DNA of 64,000 nt from Bacteroidota bacterium (GCA_024280635.1 JAJRPS010000065.1:12602-76601), one strand, 5' to 3'; shown: positions 28,482 to 38,889, counted from the first letter of the stretch. A program made the numbers and translations. The notes: generated by a model from the sequence alone, not told the origin.

Positions 28482-28866
28482 TTACAATAAGATAATTTGA
28501 TTTTTGAAGTAAGTATCCTTTTTAATTTGATGTAAAGAATTCTTTTTTATTATGAAGATAATTTGACCTTATTAAGTATAAGGTTTCTATTGCAAGTATA
28601 CAGCTTTTATCTTAATAAATAGTTATAAAATTATCTTTTTTTAAGTAAAACAGAATGGATGTAAGTAAGTAAAAGTTTTATAGAATTAGTATTATAAGGT
28701 TTGTGTTTCATTCATTTTAATAGCGAAATTAAGAATAATACTAAGGAAATAAGGTTTATTTAACAGGTGAGCAGCTATTTTGAATTGGTTATAATCTGAA
28801 AAACAACGTATTGTAAAAAAGATGAAAAACAACGTCTAATTCTGTAAAAAAATCAATTGAGTTTAT

Positions 28867-28874
28867 TACATTTG
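28867..28874 (+). promoter_or_regulatory. Bacteroidota -7 box upstream of the DUF4293-like gene
   Basis: tacatttg, 8 nt upstream of the ATG at 28882. Confidence 0.45.
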
Positions 28875-28881
28875 TAGGGTT

Positions 28882-29292
28882 ATGATACAGCGCATACAAA
28901 CATTATATTTATTAGTAGCAACGGGAGTAGCTGGTGGTTTACCATTTGTTTTTAATTTATGGAAAACAACTAATGATGCAGTGGTATATGCTTTAGATCA
29001 ACCTTTATTGTTAGGTGGCTTTGTGTTATCGGCAGTATTAAATTTGACAAGTATCTTTATGTTTAAAAATAGAAAGTCGCAATTTGTTATTAACCGACTT
29101 GCCATCATATTAAACTTTATTTTACTAATAGCGTTAGTGTATGGATCACTAAATTTACCTGGAGAGGCAGCAGTTTCAGAGAAAGGTATTGGGATGTTTC
29201 TACCTATAATTTCTATCGTATTACTTGTTTTGGCTAACAAAGCAATTAAAAAGGATGAAGATCTCGTAAAATCAGTAGATCGTTTACGTTAA
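28882..29292 (+). CDS. DUF4293-like four-TM membrane protein
   Basis: 136 aa starting MIQRIQTLYLL, with four hydrophobic helices. Divergent from rho, as I recall for DUF4293 genes in Flavobacteriia. Confidence 0.6.
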   Translation: MIQRIQTLYLLVATGVAGGLPFVFNLWKTTNDAVVYALDQPLLLGGFVLSAVLNLTSIFMFKNRKSQFVINRLAIILNFILLIALVYGSLNLPGEAAVSEKGIGMFLPIISIVLLVLANKAIKKDEDLVKSVDRLR

Positions 29293-29323
29293 GGTTATCA
29301 AGTATTATTTTTAGTGCGAAAAA

Positions 29324-29357
29324 GAAAACCCGTGGCATTTGCTTCGGGTTTTTTTGA
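29324..29357 (+). terminator. Rho-independent terminator
   Basis: gaaaacccg ... cgggtttttttg hairpin with a T7 run. Confidence 0.6.
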
Positions 29358-29439
29358 TTTAACACCCCTAAATATAGGGAGGCTTGAAAATACCTACTTT
29401 CAGTTGCTTGTTGACTAGTAGATACTCATTTTAAATGTT

Positions 29440-29447
29440 TATATTTG
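29440..29447 (+). promoter_or_regulatory. Bacteroidota -7 box upstream of the response regulator
   Basis: tatatttg, 6 nt upstream of the ATG at 29453. Confidence 0.45.
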
Positions 29448-29452
29448 GTGTT

Positions 29453-30108
29453 ATGAGTAATATTATTAAAGTACATTTAGTAGATGATCATCAAATTGTA
29501 ATTGATGGATTGCTAGCTGTTTTAAAGTTGGAAGAGAATATAGAGGTAGTGGGTTCTCTTTAAATGGAGATAATTTATTGTCGCGTATAAAAGAAAATAA
29601 GGCAGATGTGTTAATTATGGACATCAATATGCCTAACCGTGATGGAATAACAATACTTCGTGATTTTCAAAAGCAAAAAGTAGATGCTAAAATAATTATC
29701 TTGTCCAGTTATGAAGATCTTAAAATTATAAAAGAAGTTACAAAATTAGGGGCAAGTGGGTATTTATCAAAATCCTGCGTTGCTGATAGTATTCACACAG
29801 CAATAGAAGCTGTATATAAAGGAGAGTTGTATTATTGTGATGCTATTAAAGAGCGAATATTAGGTTCTTTTTCGGGTAAAAATACTAAAGCACCAAAAGA
29901 AGTAGCACCCATACCTAGTAATATTACGGACAGAGAATTACAAGTACTAAAACTTATTGTGCAAGAATTTAATACCAAAGAGATAGCAGAAGAACTTTGT
30001 TTGAGTCCGCATACTATTGATACCCATCGTAAAAAATTAATGTACAAATTACAAGTTAAATCCGCAATAGGTTTAGTGAAATATGCAATTAAGCATAAAC
30101 TAGTGTAG
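29453..30108 (+). pseudogene. NarL/LuxR-family response regulator with a frameshift in the receiver domain
   Basis: The ATG at 29453 encodes MSNIIKVHLVDDHQIVIDGLLAVLKLEENIEVVGSL, then TAA at 29561-29563. The rest (…LNGDNLLSRIKENKADVLIMDINMP… to the LuxR HTH) continues in another frame, starting at or before 29560 (the track ORF begins at 29578). Confidence 0.8.
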
Positions 30109-30111
30109 TTA

Positions 30112-31833
30112 ATGAATATAAAAATCCCCAAAACAGTATTCTTATTCTTTTGTGTTGTATTTAGTTATGCACAACAGCAAAAAAATGATAGCATTGCCTT
30201 AAATCAAGTAGATCAATATTTGAAAAATAACAATAGTGCCAAGGCATTATATTTGGCATTAGAGCATTTAGAAGAAGCAACAAAGCATAATGACACGCTG
30301 TTGCTAATAAAATGGAATGATGAAATTGGTAAAATATTTAGGTATAATAATTTTGATAAATCGGCAAGATATTATAATGAAGCTAAAAAAATAGCAGAGA
30401 AATATAATGATTCTTTACAGTTGGCTAATGTATATTTTGATATCGGTTCGCTATATATGCTTAATTACTCTGATAAAACCTATAAAGCACAGGATATTAA
30501 TGTGGCATTAGATAAAAAAGACACCGCATTAGTGTATTTTAAAAAAGTTTTAAAAAATTTTAAAAACATAAATGGAGTAGAAAAAATAATAGCGAAAGCC
30601 TATGCTAATCTTACAGGTTTATATAGTTACACAGGAGATCAACGTGCAGTAGTAAAATTAGCTAAAAAAGCCATTAGTTATTTTGAACGCAAACAAGACA
30701 CCCTATCTATTATAGGGGTTAAAAGTAATTTAGGTATTAATCAATTATACCAAGGGCAGTATGATAAAGCCACTAAAAATTATTTGGAAGCATTAGAATA
30801 TTTAAAGGATACAAGTAATTTAAAAATTTTAGATTTAAGATCCATTAATTTAGATAATTTGTCAAATGTATATAGTGCTCAAAAAAAGTATAAATTGTCT
30901 CGAGATTATTTGCAGAAAGCACAAAAATTACGCATTATTTATTTAGAAAAAATGCAAAAAAAAGAGCTTACAGAAATTGAATCTAAATATAATTTAGACG
31001 TTGCGATTGCAAAAGAAAAAGAGAAAACTATACAGGAAGTAGCTAAAAAAGATAAAGCAGAATCAAGACTATTGATTTTGATGTTACTAGGAATCTTAGG
31101 TTTATTTATCATATTGTTATTATATCGAAATTACCGGGTAAAAACAATAAAAAAAGAATTATTTCACCAACAAAATATACAAGAATTACAGCAAAATATA
31201 CAAAATAAAATACTTGATGCAGGTTTTGATGGAAGTTTAAAAGAACGTCAAAAAATATCACAAATTTTACACGATAGTGTGAGTGCTTTGTTGTCATCGG
31301 CTAATTTGCATTTACAAGTAGTAAAAAGAAAATGTGGTAAAGGATTTGAAGAAATTACAAAAACCCAACAAATTTTAGATGAAGCATCAGTAAAAGTAAG
31401 AGATTTATCACATCAATTAGTCTCTGTAGTGTTATTGAAATTTGGTTTACAATATGCATTAGAGGATTTATGTGAAAAACTAAGTAATGATCATTTGAAA
31501 TTTGAATTTAAAGATGCTGCACAACAAATTAAATTCAATCAAAACTTAGAAATGAAAGTGTTTAATATTATAGAAGAGTGTGTCAATAACATTTTAAAAC
31601 ACAGTCAGGCAACACAAGCTTTAATAAAAATTGAATTTATTAATGAGCATGTAGTAATTACGATTCAAGATAATGGAATAGGTATTAATATAAACCAAAT
31701 AGTAGAAAAGGAAGGTATAGGGGTGTATCAAGTTGAGTCACGTATAAAAGCACTTAATGGTACTTTTAAAATAGTTTCAAAACCACAAAACGGTACACAA
31801 ATAATATTGGGTTTACCTATACAATCGGTGTAG
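30112..31833 (+). CDS. TPR-repeat sensor histidine kinase (HisKA_3 / NarX-LiaS type)
   Basis: Signal/anchor, ~300 aa of TPR-like repeats, one TM (LLILMLLGILGLFIILLLY), an H-box ISQILHDSVSALL and an HATPase_c domain (DNGIGI, GIG). Confidence 0.85.
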   Translation: MNIKIPKTVFLFFCVVFSYAQQQKNDSIALNQVDQYLKNNNSAKALYLALEHLEEATKHNDTLLLIKWNDEIGKIFRYNNFDKSARYYNEAKKIAEKYNDSLQLANVYFDIGSLYMLNYSDKTYKAQDINVALDKKDTALVYFKKVLKNFKNINGVEKIIAKAYANLTGLYSYTGDQRAVVKLAKKAISYFERKQDTLSIIGVKSNLGINQLYQGQYDKATKNYLEALEYLKDTSNLKILDLRSINLDNLSNVYSAQKKYKLSRDYLQKAQKLRIIYLEKMQKKELTEIESKYNLDVAIAKEKEKTIQEVAKKDKAESRLLILMLLGILGLFIILLLYRNYRVKTIKKELFHQQNIQELQQNIQNKILDAGFDGSLKERQKISQILHDSVSALLSSANLHLQVVKRKCGKGFEEITKTQQILDEASVKVRDLSHQLVSVVLLKFGLQYALEDLCEKLSNDHLKFEFKDAAQQIKFNQNLEMKVFNIIEECVNNILKHSQATQALIKIEFINEHVVITIQDNGIGININQIVEKEGIGVYQVESRIKALNGTFKIVSKPQNGTQIILGLPIQSV

Positions 31834-31878
31834 TTTTAAGCTTAAAGTGTAATAGGTTTCAAATAAATACAGTACACT

Positions 31879-31918
31879 AAAAAAGAGGGTTTCTATGAAA
31901 ATAGAAACCCTCTTTTTT
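31879..31918. terminator. Bidirectional terminator between the kinase gene and purL
   Basis: aaaaaagagggtttcta / tagaaaccctctttttt, with A/T runs on both sides. Confidence 0.7.
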
Positions 31919-31931
31919 AGTGTTTATGAAG

Positions 31932-34900
31932 TTACTTTTTGTCAATCCATTTACGAGCATTAACAAAGGCTTCTAGCCACGGTGAAACTTCATCATTTCT
32001 ATCCGCTGGGTAATTTGCCCAGTTCCATTGAAAAGTAGAACGCTCAATATGCGGCATGGTTACCAAATGACGCCCTGTTGTATCACATAACATAGCAGTA
32101 TTAAAGTCCGATCCATTTGGATTATTAGGATAGCCTTCATAACCGTATTTAGCAACAATATTATACTTGTCTTCCGTTAGTGGTAAGTTGAATTTTCCTT
32201 CACCATGAGAAATCCAAACGCCTAACTCCGTACCTGCTAAACTGGATAGCATTACCGAATTGTTTTCCTGAATTTTAACCGATGTAAATGAACTTTCGTG
32301 TTTTTTAGAATCATTATGAATCATTTTACCATGAACTTCGTGTTCTGGGTTTATCAATTCTAACTCCATCCACAATTGGCATCCGTTGCAAATACCTACG
32401 GATAAAGTATCTTCTCTTTTAAAGAAGTTTTCTAAAGCCATTTTTGCTTTTTTATTGTACATAAAAGCACCGGCCCATCCTTTTGCAGAACCTAATACAT
32501 CAGAGTTTGAAAACCCCCCAACAGCTCCAATAAACTGAATATCTTCCAGCGTTTCACGTCCAGAAATTAAATCGGTCATGTGTACATCTTTTACATTAAA
32601 ACCTGCTAAATACATTGCATTAGCCATTTCACGTTCAGAGTTAGACCCTTTTTCTCTAATGATTGCGGCTTTAGGTCTGTTGGAAACAACATCAACAGTA
32701 TCTGCTAATTTACCTGTAAAATTGTTAGGAAAAATATATTGTAACGGTTGTTTTTTGAAATTGTCAAAACGCTTTTTCGCTAATCCGTTTGCGGTTTGCT
32801 TATCGTCTAATAAATATGAAGTTTTGTACCAAGTATCTCTTAAACCGTTAACAGATAAATTAAATTTATCTGTTCCGTTTGTAATGTTTACAGTCGCTTT
32901 AGCAGTAACTTTACCAATATTGAAAAACTCAATATTTGCTGATTTTAATGTTTTTTCTACAGATGCATCTTTTGCTTGAAAAACAATTCCTGAATTTTCA
33001 GAGAATAGTAACTTGATACTATCGTTTTCATTAATTGATGATAAATTGAAGTCTGCACCCAAATTAACATCAGCAAAACACATTTCTAATAAAGTAGTAA
33101 TCAATCCACCAGAAGCCACATCATGTCCTGCTATAATTTTACCGTCTTTAATTAAATTTTGTATGGTGTTAAAAGCTATTTTAAATTGTTTAGCATCTTT
33201 TATAGTAGGAGCGTTGTTTCCTATTTTATTCAATACTTGAGCAAAACTACTACCCCCTAATTTAAATTCATCTTGAGAAAAATTAATGTAGTAAATATCG
33301 CCTCCATCTTTTTGTAGTAAAGGTTCAATAATATTAGTAACATCATTACAGTGTCCTGCTGCGGTAATGACTACCGTACCAGGAGAAATTACTTCTTCAT
33401 TTGGGTATTTTTGTTTCATGGATAGCGAATCCTTACCTGTAGGAATATTGATACCCAAGTCAATTGCAAATTCTGATACTGCTTGTACCGCTTCATATAA
33501 ACGAGCATCTTCACCTTCATTTTTACAAGGCCACATCCAGTTAGCGGATAAGGAAACCGACTGTAAGTTATCTTGCATTGGTGCCCAAATAATATTGGTT
33601 AATGACTCGGCAATTGCATTTCTACTTCCTGCGGTTGGACTGATTAATCCTGAAATAGGGGAGTGACCAATTGTAGTGGCAATCCCTTCTTTTCCGTTAT
33701 AATCCAATGCCATAACGCCAACATTATTTAAGGGTATTTGTAAAGGACCTACACATTGTTGTTTAGCTACTTTACCGCCAACACATCTATCTACTTTATT
33801 GGTTAGCCAATCTTTACAAGCAACCGCTTCCAACTGTAATACTTGATTTAAATAGTTGTTAAAATCAGATGAGTTATACTGTAACTCATTATATTTTCTA
33901 TCAATAGTTTTATCCACCATAATAGTTTTTGGAGAACTTCCGAACATATCTTCCAAAGCTAAATCTATCGGTTTGTTTCCTTTAGTTTTGGATTCAAAAG
34001 TAAAGCGATGATCTCCAGTAACATCACCAACGGTATACATAGGGGAGCGTTCACGTTCAGTAATTTTTTGTAACGTATCTATGTGTTTTTCGGCAATTAC
34101 AAGTCCCATACGCTCTTGAGATTCATTACCAATAATTTCTTTATCGGATAAGGTAGGGTCGCCAACAGGAAGTTTATCTAAATCAATTTTCCCTCCAGTA
34201 TCTTCTACTAATTCAGATAAGCAGTTTAAGTGTCCACCTGCACCGTGATCATGAATGGAAACAATAAAGTTTTCTTCACTTTCTACCATACCTCTTACGG
34301 CATTGGCAGCACGTTTTTGCATTTCCGGATTACTACGTTGTACCGCATTTAGTTCAATACCAGAAGCAAATGCTCCAGTATCGGCACTGGAAACGGCAGC
34401 ACCACCCATACCAATACGATAATTTTCACCTCCTAAAATTACAATTTTATCACCTTTTTTAGGAGTCTCTTTTAAGGCTTGTTCTTTTTTACCATAACCG
34501 ATACCACCTGCTTGCATGATTACTTTGTCAAAGCCTAACTTACGGGCATCTTCTTCGTGCTCAAAAGTTAAGACAGAACCTGTAATTAAGGGTTGACCGA
34601 ATTTATTGCCAAAATCAGAAGCACCGTTAGAGGCTTTAATTAAAATATCCATTGGTGTTTGGTACAACCATTTGCGCTCGTCCATTGCTTTTTCCCAAGG
34701 TCTGTTATCTTCTAAACGAGAATAAGAAGTCATGTATACGGCAGTTCCTGCTAAAGGTAAAGATCCTTTTCCTCCTGCTAAACGGTCTCTAATTTCTCCA
34801 CCAGCACCTGTTGCGGCGCCATTAAAAGGCTCAACAGTTGTAGGGAAGTTATGCGTTTCTGCTTTTATGGAAATGACAGAATCAAATACAGTTTCTTGAT

Positions 34901-35597
34901 AAAAATCGGGCTTGTCGGCAGTTTTGGGTGCAAATTGTGTTACCGTAGGGCCATCAATAAAAGCGACATTATCTTTGTATGCAGAAACTAATCCTCTTGC
35001 TGTTTGCTTTGAAGTTTCTTTAATTAACTTAAATAAAGAGGTTTTCTTTTCTTCGCCATCAATAATAAAAGTACCATTGAAAATTTTATGACGACAGTGT
35101 TCTGAGTTTACTTGTGAGAACCCGAATACTTCTGAGTCGGTTAATTTTCTGCCAATTTTTGCAGCTACACCTTCTAAGTACTCAACTTCTTCGTCGCTTA
35201 ATGATAAACCTTCTTGTTTATTATAAGCTGTAATATCATCAATATTTAAAATAGGTTCTGGTTGAATGTTTATGGTAAATGATTCTTGATGTAGTCCTTT
35301 AAATTTTTCAGAAATCATCGGGTCAAAATCTGTGAAATCAGCTGCGACTGCTTCAAATTCTTCAATACGGATGATGTCAGAAACACCCATATTTTGTGTA
35401 ACTTCTACAGCATTGGTACTCCAAGGTGTAATCATTGCAGCACGTGGACCAATATAAGTATTGCTTAAAGAGGTAGCTTCAATTTTGGGTTGATTACCAA
35501 ATAACCATGTTAGTTTTGCAATGGTTTCGGTGCTTAATTCTTTTGTTGTTTGTACAGCAAATATTTTACTGTTTGTGTTCCCAAAGAAATGAATCAT
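31932..35597 (-). CDS. purL: Phosphoribosylformylglycinamidine synthase (single-chain large form)
   Basis: 1221 aa; AIR-synthase-like repeats and a C-terminal glutaminase domain (GICNGCQ catalytic Cys). Confidence 0.97.
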   Translation of the reverse strand: MIHFFGNTNSKIFAVQTTKELSTETIAKLTWLFGNQPKIEATSLSNTYIGPRAAMITPWSTNAVEVTQNMGVSDIIRIEEFEAVAADFTDFDPMISEKFKGLHQESFTINIQPEPILNIDDITAYNKQEGLSLSDEEVEYLEGVAAKIGRKLTDSEVFGFSQVNSEHCRHKIFNGTFIIDGEEKKTSLFKLIKETSKQTARGLVSAYKDNVAFIDGPTVTQFAPKTADKPDFYQETVFDSVISIKAETHNFPTTVEPFNGAATGAGGEIRDRLAGGKGSLPLAGTAVYMTSYSRLEDNRPWEKAMDERKWLYQTPMDILIKASNGASDFGNKFGQPLITGSVLTFEHEEDARKLGFDKVIMQAGGIGYGKKEQALKETPKKGDKIVILGGENYRIGMGGAAVSSADTGAFASGIELNAVQRSNPEMQKRAANAVRGMVESEENFIVSIHDHGAGGHLNCLSELVEDTGGKIDLDKLPVGDPTLSDKEIIGNESQERMGLVIAEKHIDTLQKITERERSPMYTVGDVTGDHRFTFESKTKGNKPIDLALEDMFGSSPKTIMVDKTIDRKYNELQYNSSDFNNYLNQVLQLEAVACKDWLTNKVDRCVGGKVAKQQCVGPLQIPLNNVGVMALDYNGKEGIATTIGHSPISGLISPTAGSRNAIAESLTNIIWAPMQDNLQSVSLSANWMWPCKNEGEDARLYEAVQAVSEFAIDLGINIPTGKDSLSMKQKYPNEEVISPGTVVITAAGHCNDVTNIIEPLLQKDGGDIYYINFSQDEFKLGGSSFAQVLNKIGNNAPTIKDAKQFKIAFNTIQNLIKDGKIIAGHDVASGGLITTLLEMCFADVNLGADFNLSSINENDSIKLLFSENSGIVFQAKDASVEKTLKSANIEFFNIGKVTAKATVNITNGTDKFNLSVNGLRDTWYKTSYLLDDKQTANGLAKKRFDNFKKQPLQYIFPNNFTGKLADTVDVVSNRPKAAIIREKGSNSEREMANAMYLAGFNVKDVHMTDLISGRETLEDIQFIGAVGGFSNSDVLGSAKGWAGAFMYNKKAKMALENFFKREDTLSVGICNGCQLWMELELINPEHEVHGKMIHNDSKKHESSFTSVKIQENNSVMLSSLAGTELGVWISHGEGKFNLPLTEDKYNIVAKYGYEGYPNNPNGSDFNTAMLCDTTGRHLVTMPHIERSTFQWNWANYPADRNDEVSPWLEAFVNARKWIDKK

Positions 35598-35661
35598 TTG
35601 AAGTGTGTTTTGTGTGTTGTTTTAATGCGGTAAAATTAAGGTTTTTTGTTCAATTAAAAGC

Positions 35662-35690
35662 ACAAAAAAAGCGACTAAAAAAGTCGCTTT
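35662..35690 (-). terminator. Terminator of the endonuclease I gene
   Basis: aaagcgac / gtcgcttt stem followed on the minus strand by a T7 run. Confidence 0.6.
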
Positions 35691-35711
35691 ATAAACAAAT
35701 GTGATCTTGTT

Positions 35712-36833
35712 TTAGTTGATAACTAATTTTTTAACGATTGTATTGTTATCGGTTTGTATTTTTAATAGATAAATTCCAGAAGCAAGTTTGTTTAAGTTTT
35801 CTAGTGTAATTGTACCTTGATTGTGGGTAATTTTTTTAGAAAGCACTAACTTACCAGTAATGGAATATAAGTTTAATTTTGAAACTTTAATGTCACCTTT
35901 ATTAATATACACTACATCAGCATAAGTAGGGTTTGGATGAATATTAAATTCATTTGCGGTGTAATCTTCAACGCCTAGAGTATTCTTCCAGATTTCATAT
36001 ACATATTCTGGGTGATCAATAAATGGGTTTCTGTTGTTTTGTTCGGCAAAAATAGCATTGTTTCTATCTATTTCACGTTGAGAAACAGGGTCTTGTAAAT
36101 GCCATTGGTATAAAATATTAAAAAATGTTTGTGTGAAAACTTTATCAGAAGTACCATCAAACATATCATAAGGCCATCCTGCTACTTGATCTTCATAACG
36201 TACTGCAAAATACAGGTTGACACGAGCAATATCTCCTTTAAATTCGTCAATTGGTTCAAAAACATCACCTGTATATCCTGCAGAGTATCCTGAATTTAAA
36301 TTATTTCCTCTTTTAGATCCGTTTGTGCTAGTCCAATTAGCAACATCTACAACACCATACGGTAAATTTCCTCGTTGTGCGTTTACTTTTTTATCAGACG
36401 GAATTACAAAGTGAGCATCATTTTTCATGGGACTTGCACTACTAAAAACGGATTGAGGGATAGTATGTTCTCTGTTATAAAAGTCGCCTTCTACAGTACC
36501 GCCTGTCCCGTTGTCTTTGTCTGTAATATGAGTATACTCATAAGCATCTACTCCTCCTGGTTTTTCAGAATACATATCTAATACAGTACCATTATTTTCA
36601 TAATAATTATCAGAATCAGATGATTGGTAAGTGGTGTATAAATAGCTATAGCCTTTATCTATGGATTGATATTCGGTAGCAAGACCATCATTATTGTTGT
36701 CAATAATTTTTTTTAATTGTGTTTTTAATGCAAACTCGGTACCTGTTGCAGAGTCATAATAACCTGTAGGGATTTGAGCAAAAGCTCCTAAAGTAGTTAG
36801 TGTTAAAGCTAATAGAGTAATTTTTTTAATCAT
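35712..36833 (-). CDS. Secreted endonuclease I family nuclease with a T9SS C-terminal sorting domain
   Basis: Signal peptide. Endonuclease I motifs NREHTIPQS, DAHFVIPSDKKVNAQRGNLPYG, GDIARVNLYF and NRNPFIDHPE. The C-terminal ~80 aa (IHPNPT...GIYLLKI) are a T9SS CTD. Confidence 0.85.
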   Translation of the reverse strand: MIKKITLLALTLTTLGAFAQIPTGYYDSATGTEFALKTQLKKIIDNNNDGLATEYQSIDKGYSYLYTTYQSSDSDNYYENNGTVLDMYSEKPGGVDAYEYTHITDKDNGTGGTVEGDFYNREHTIPQSVFSSASPMKNDAHFVIPSDKKVNAQRGNLPYGVVDVANWTSTNGSKRGNNLNSGYSAGYTGDVFEPIDEFKGDIARVNLYFAVRYEDQVAGWPYDMFDGTSDKVFTQTFFNILYQWHLQDPVSQREIDRNNAIFAEQNNRNPFIDHPEYVYEIWKNTLGVEDYTANEFNIHPNPTYADVVYINKGDIKVSKLNLYSITGKLVLSKKITHNQGTITLENLNKLASGIYLLKIQTDNNTIVKKLVIN

Positions 36834-36975
36834 AATAAAGTAATTTTAAAAGGAGTAAAAACCACTAAACTCCTTTGTGATTATTGGGTTGTTTATTTTT
36901 TTTCTAGTAATGCCATGTAAAAACCGTCATAACCAGATTCCGAAGATAATACTTTTTTATCAGAAATGAATTTAT
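36811..36975. repeat. Duplicated junction block, copy A
   Basis: About 160 bp, over 90% identical by eye to 38867-39028. It covers the first ~8 codons of the nuclease, its 5' region, a hairpin (aaaggagt...actccttt) and a copy of the methyltransferase gene's 3' end. Confidence 0.85.
36893..36970 (-). pseudogene. Relic of the 3' end of the rsmB-like gene
   Basis: Translates to FISDKKVLSSESGYDGFYMALLEKK*. The real gene's C-terminus at 38947 is LISDKKVLSSESGYDGFYMALLEKKK*. There is no upstream coding sequence. Confidence 0.8.
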
Positions 36976-37020
36976 TATGATTAAAAAAGTTGCCTTATAT
37001 AAAATAATAATAGATTACAT

Positions 37021-38889
37021 TTATTGTTTAATTATCTTTTTTGTTATAGAGCCTTTATTATTCGCAAGTTTAATTAAATAAATACCACTTTGTAGATTTG
37101 TAAGATTAATTTGATTATTGTTTTTTGTTATTCTAGTTGTTAGTATTGTTTTGCCTAAAAGGTTATATATAGTTGCGTTTAAATCTTCTGAAGTATTTGC
37201 AAATAAGTAGTTTCCTATTATTGGATTAGGGTATATGTTAATATTTGAAAAATTAAAACTGTTTACAGTAAGTGGAGCAGAATAGCAAGTCCATGATAAA
37301 TCATCAAATTTAACTCTATCTGAGGTTGCTCCTGTACCACCTAACTTAAATTCTACAACAATATTTCCTAATTCATTAATATTTGAAATTGTTGTTGTCT
37401 GTACCGTAGCGTCATATGGTATTGTTCCTTTACTAATACCGTTAATAAATAATTCATACTCACCTGCTCCTCCAGAAAAGGTTCTTTGTGTAGAAATGGT
37501 TAAATCCCCAATTCCTCCAGATATAGGTGGAGAGGTTAAGATTCCATTTCGCATTGTAATTGATCTTATTGTAAGGGTTTGGTCAGTTCTTGCATTGGTT
37601 GCGGTCCAACCATTTGTGATGCCATCAATACCAGTCCAAGTTCTTGTTGAATATGAAGCAGAGTTGGAAGGTATGTTTTCAAAATCTTCGTTAGCACAAC
37701 TACTACCACCACTTCCAGTAAGTGTTGTTGCACAAGATTGATTACTGAAATTTACAGAAGTATTTCCTGCTGCATCTTTAGCTTTTATGGTATAACAATA
37801 GTTTGTAGTATTTGCTAACCCTGTAGCTGTAAAAGTATTTGTAGTGCTGTTGTATGTTAATACGTTATCTTGATAAATATCATAAGAAGATACTCCAACA
37901 TTATCTGTTGCAATGTCCCATGTTAAATCAATGGTTGTTGCGCTTGGGTTAGATGCAAGTAAATTTATTACGTCTGAAGGGTTCGTATTGTCAGGTGTAG
38001 GGTTCCAAATAGCATTTACCCATTCTGGATGATCAATAAAAGGGTTTCTGTTATTTTGATATGTAAAACATGCATTGTTTCTTGATACTTCTCTTGGACT
38101 AACAGGATCTGTATTATGCCAGCTAAGTAATAAATTAATATACCATGTTTCATAGACTTGATCACTAGTGCCATTTAAAGGGTTTTCAGCAACTGCATTT
38201 GGGTCGTCCCAACCATTAAATCCTGCAGACGTAGGTACTTCGTCTTCATAGCGAGTTGCAAAATATAAGAGCATTCTTGCAATATCACCTTTGTATTCAT
38301 CTATAGGTTCAAATGCAATACCCGTATAGTCAGGTGAAGATGTATTAGCACCAACTTTTGATCCATTTTGTGAAGTCCAAGTAGGGCTTGTTACAATACC
38401 AAAAGGATAGTTACTTCTTCTGTTATTTACATAACCATCAGTTGGGGTTACAAAATGTATATCTGCAACCATTGGTGATTTTGAATTAAAGTATCCTTGC
38501 GGAAATAAGTGTTCTCTATTGTAGCACTGTCCTTCTCCAGAATAAGAACCACAAGTGTTTGTGTTGTGGTTGAAATTATAAGGGTCACTCATTGCGGTAG
38601 AAGCACTTTCAGAATACATATCTAATACTGTATTATCATTTTCATAGCCTCCAGCTGTAAAATTATCAATATCTGTTGTTTGATAACCATTATATAAGGA
38701 ACTATATCCATTATCTGTAGATAAGTATTCTGGTGATAGACCGTCTGAAGTATTATTAATTATTTTTTTTAATTGAGTTTTTAAAATAAAACCAACTCCT
38801 GTAGCAGAATTATAGTATCCTGTAGGTATTTGAGCGTTTACATATAAAACGGTTAGCATTGCTGCTAATAAAGTAATTTTTTTAATCAT
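37021..38889 (-). CDS. Secreted endonuclease I - FN3 - unknown beta-rich domain - T9SS CTD protein
   Basis: The N-terminal half is paralogous to 35712-36833 (NREHLFPQG, DIHFVTPTDGYVNNRRSNYPFG, NRNPFIDHPE). An FN3-like segment follows (TIDLTWDIATDNVGVSSYDIY...YCYTIKAKDAAGN), and the terminal part is a T9SS CTD (IYPNP...GIYLIKL). Confidence 0.85.
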   Translation of the reverse strand: MIKKITLLAAMLTVLYVNAQIPTGYYNSATGVGFILKTQLKKIINNTSDGLSPEYLSTDNGYSSLYNGYQTTDIDNFTAGGYENDNTVLDMYSESASTAMSDPYNFNHNTNTCGSYSGEGQCYNREHLFPQGYFNSKSPMVADIHFVTPTDGYVNNRRSNYPFGIVTSPTWTSQNGSKVGANTSSPDYTGIAFEPIDEYKGDIARMLLYFATRYEDEVPTSAGFNGWDDPNAVAENPLNGTSDQVYETWYINLLLSWHNTDPVSPREVSRNNACFTYQNNRNPFIDHPEWVNAIWNPTPDNTNPSDVINLLASNPSATTIDLTWDIATDNVGVSSYDIYQDNVLTYNSTTNTFTATGLANTTNYCYTIKAKDAAGNTSVNFSNQSCATTLTGSGGSSCANEDFENIPSNSASYSTRTWTGIDGITNGWTATNARTDQTLTIRSITMRNGILTSPPISGGIGDLTISTQRTFSGGAGEYELFINGISKGTIPYDATVQTTTISNINELGNIVVEFKLGGTGATSDRVKFDDLSWTCYSAPLTVNSFNFSNINIYPNPIIGNYLFANTSEDLNATIYNLLGKTILTTRITKNNNQINLTNLQSGIYLIKLANNKGSITKKIIKQ

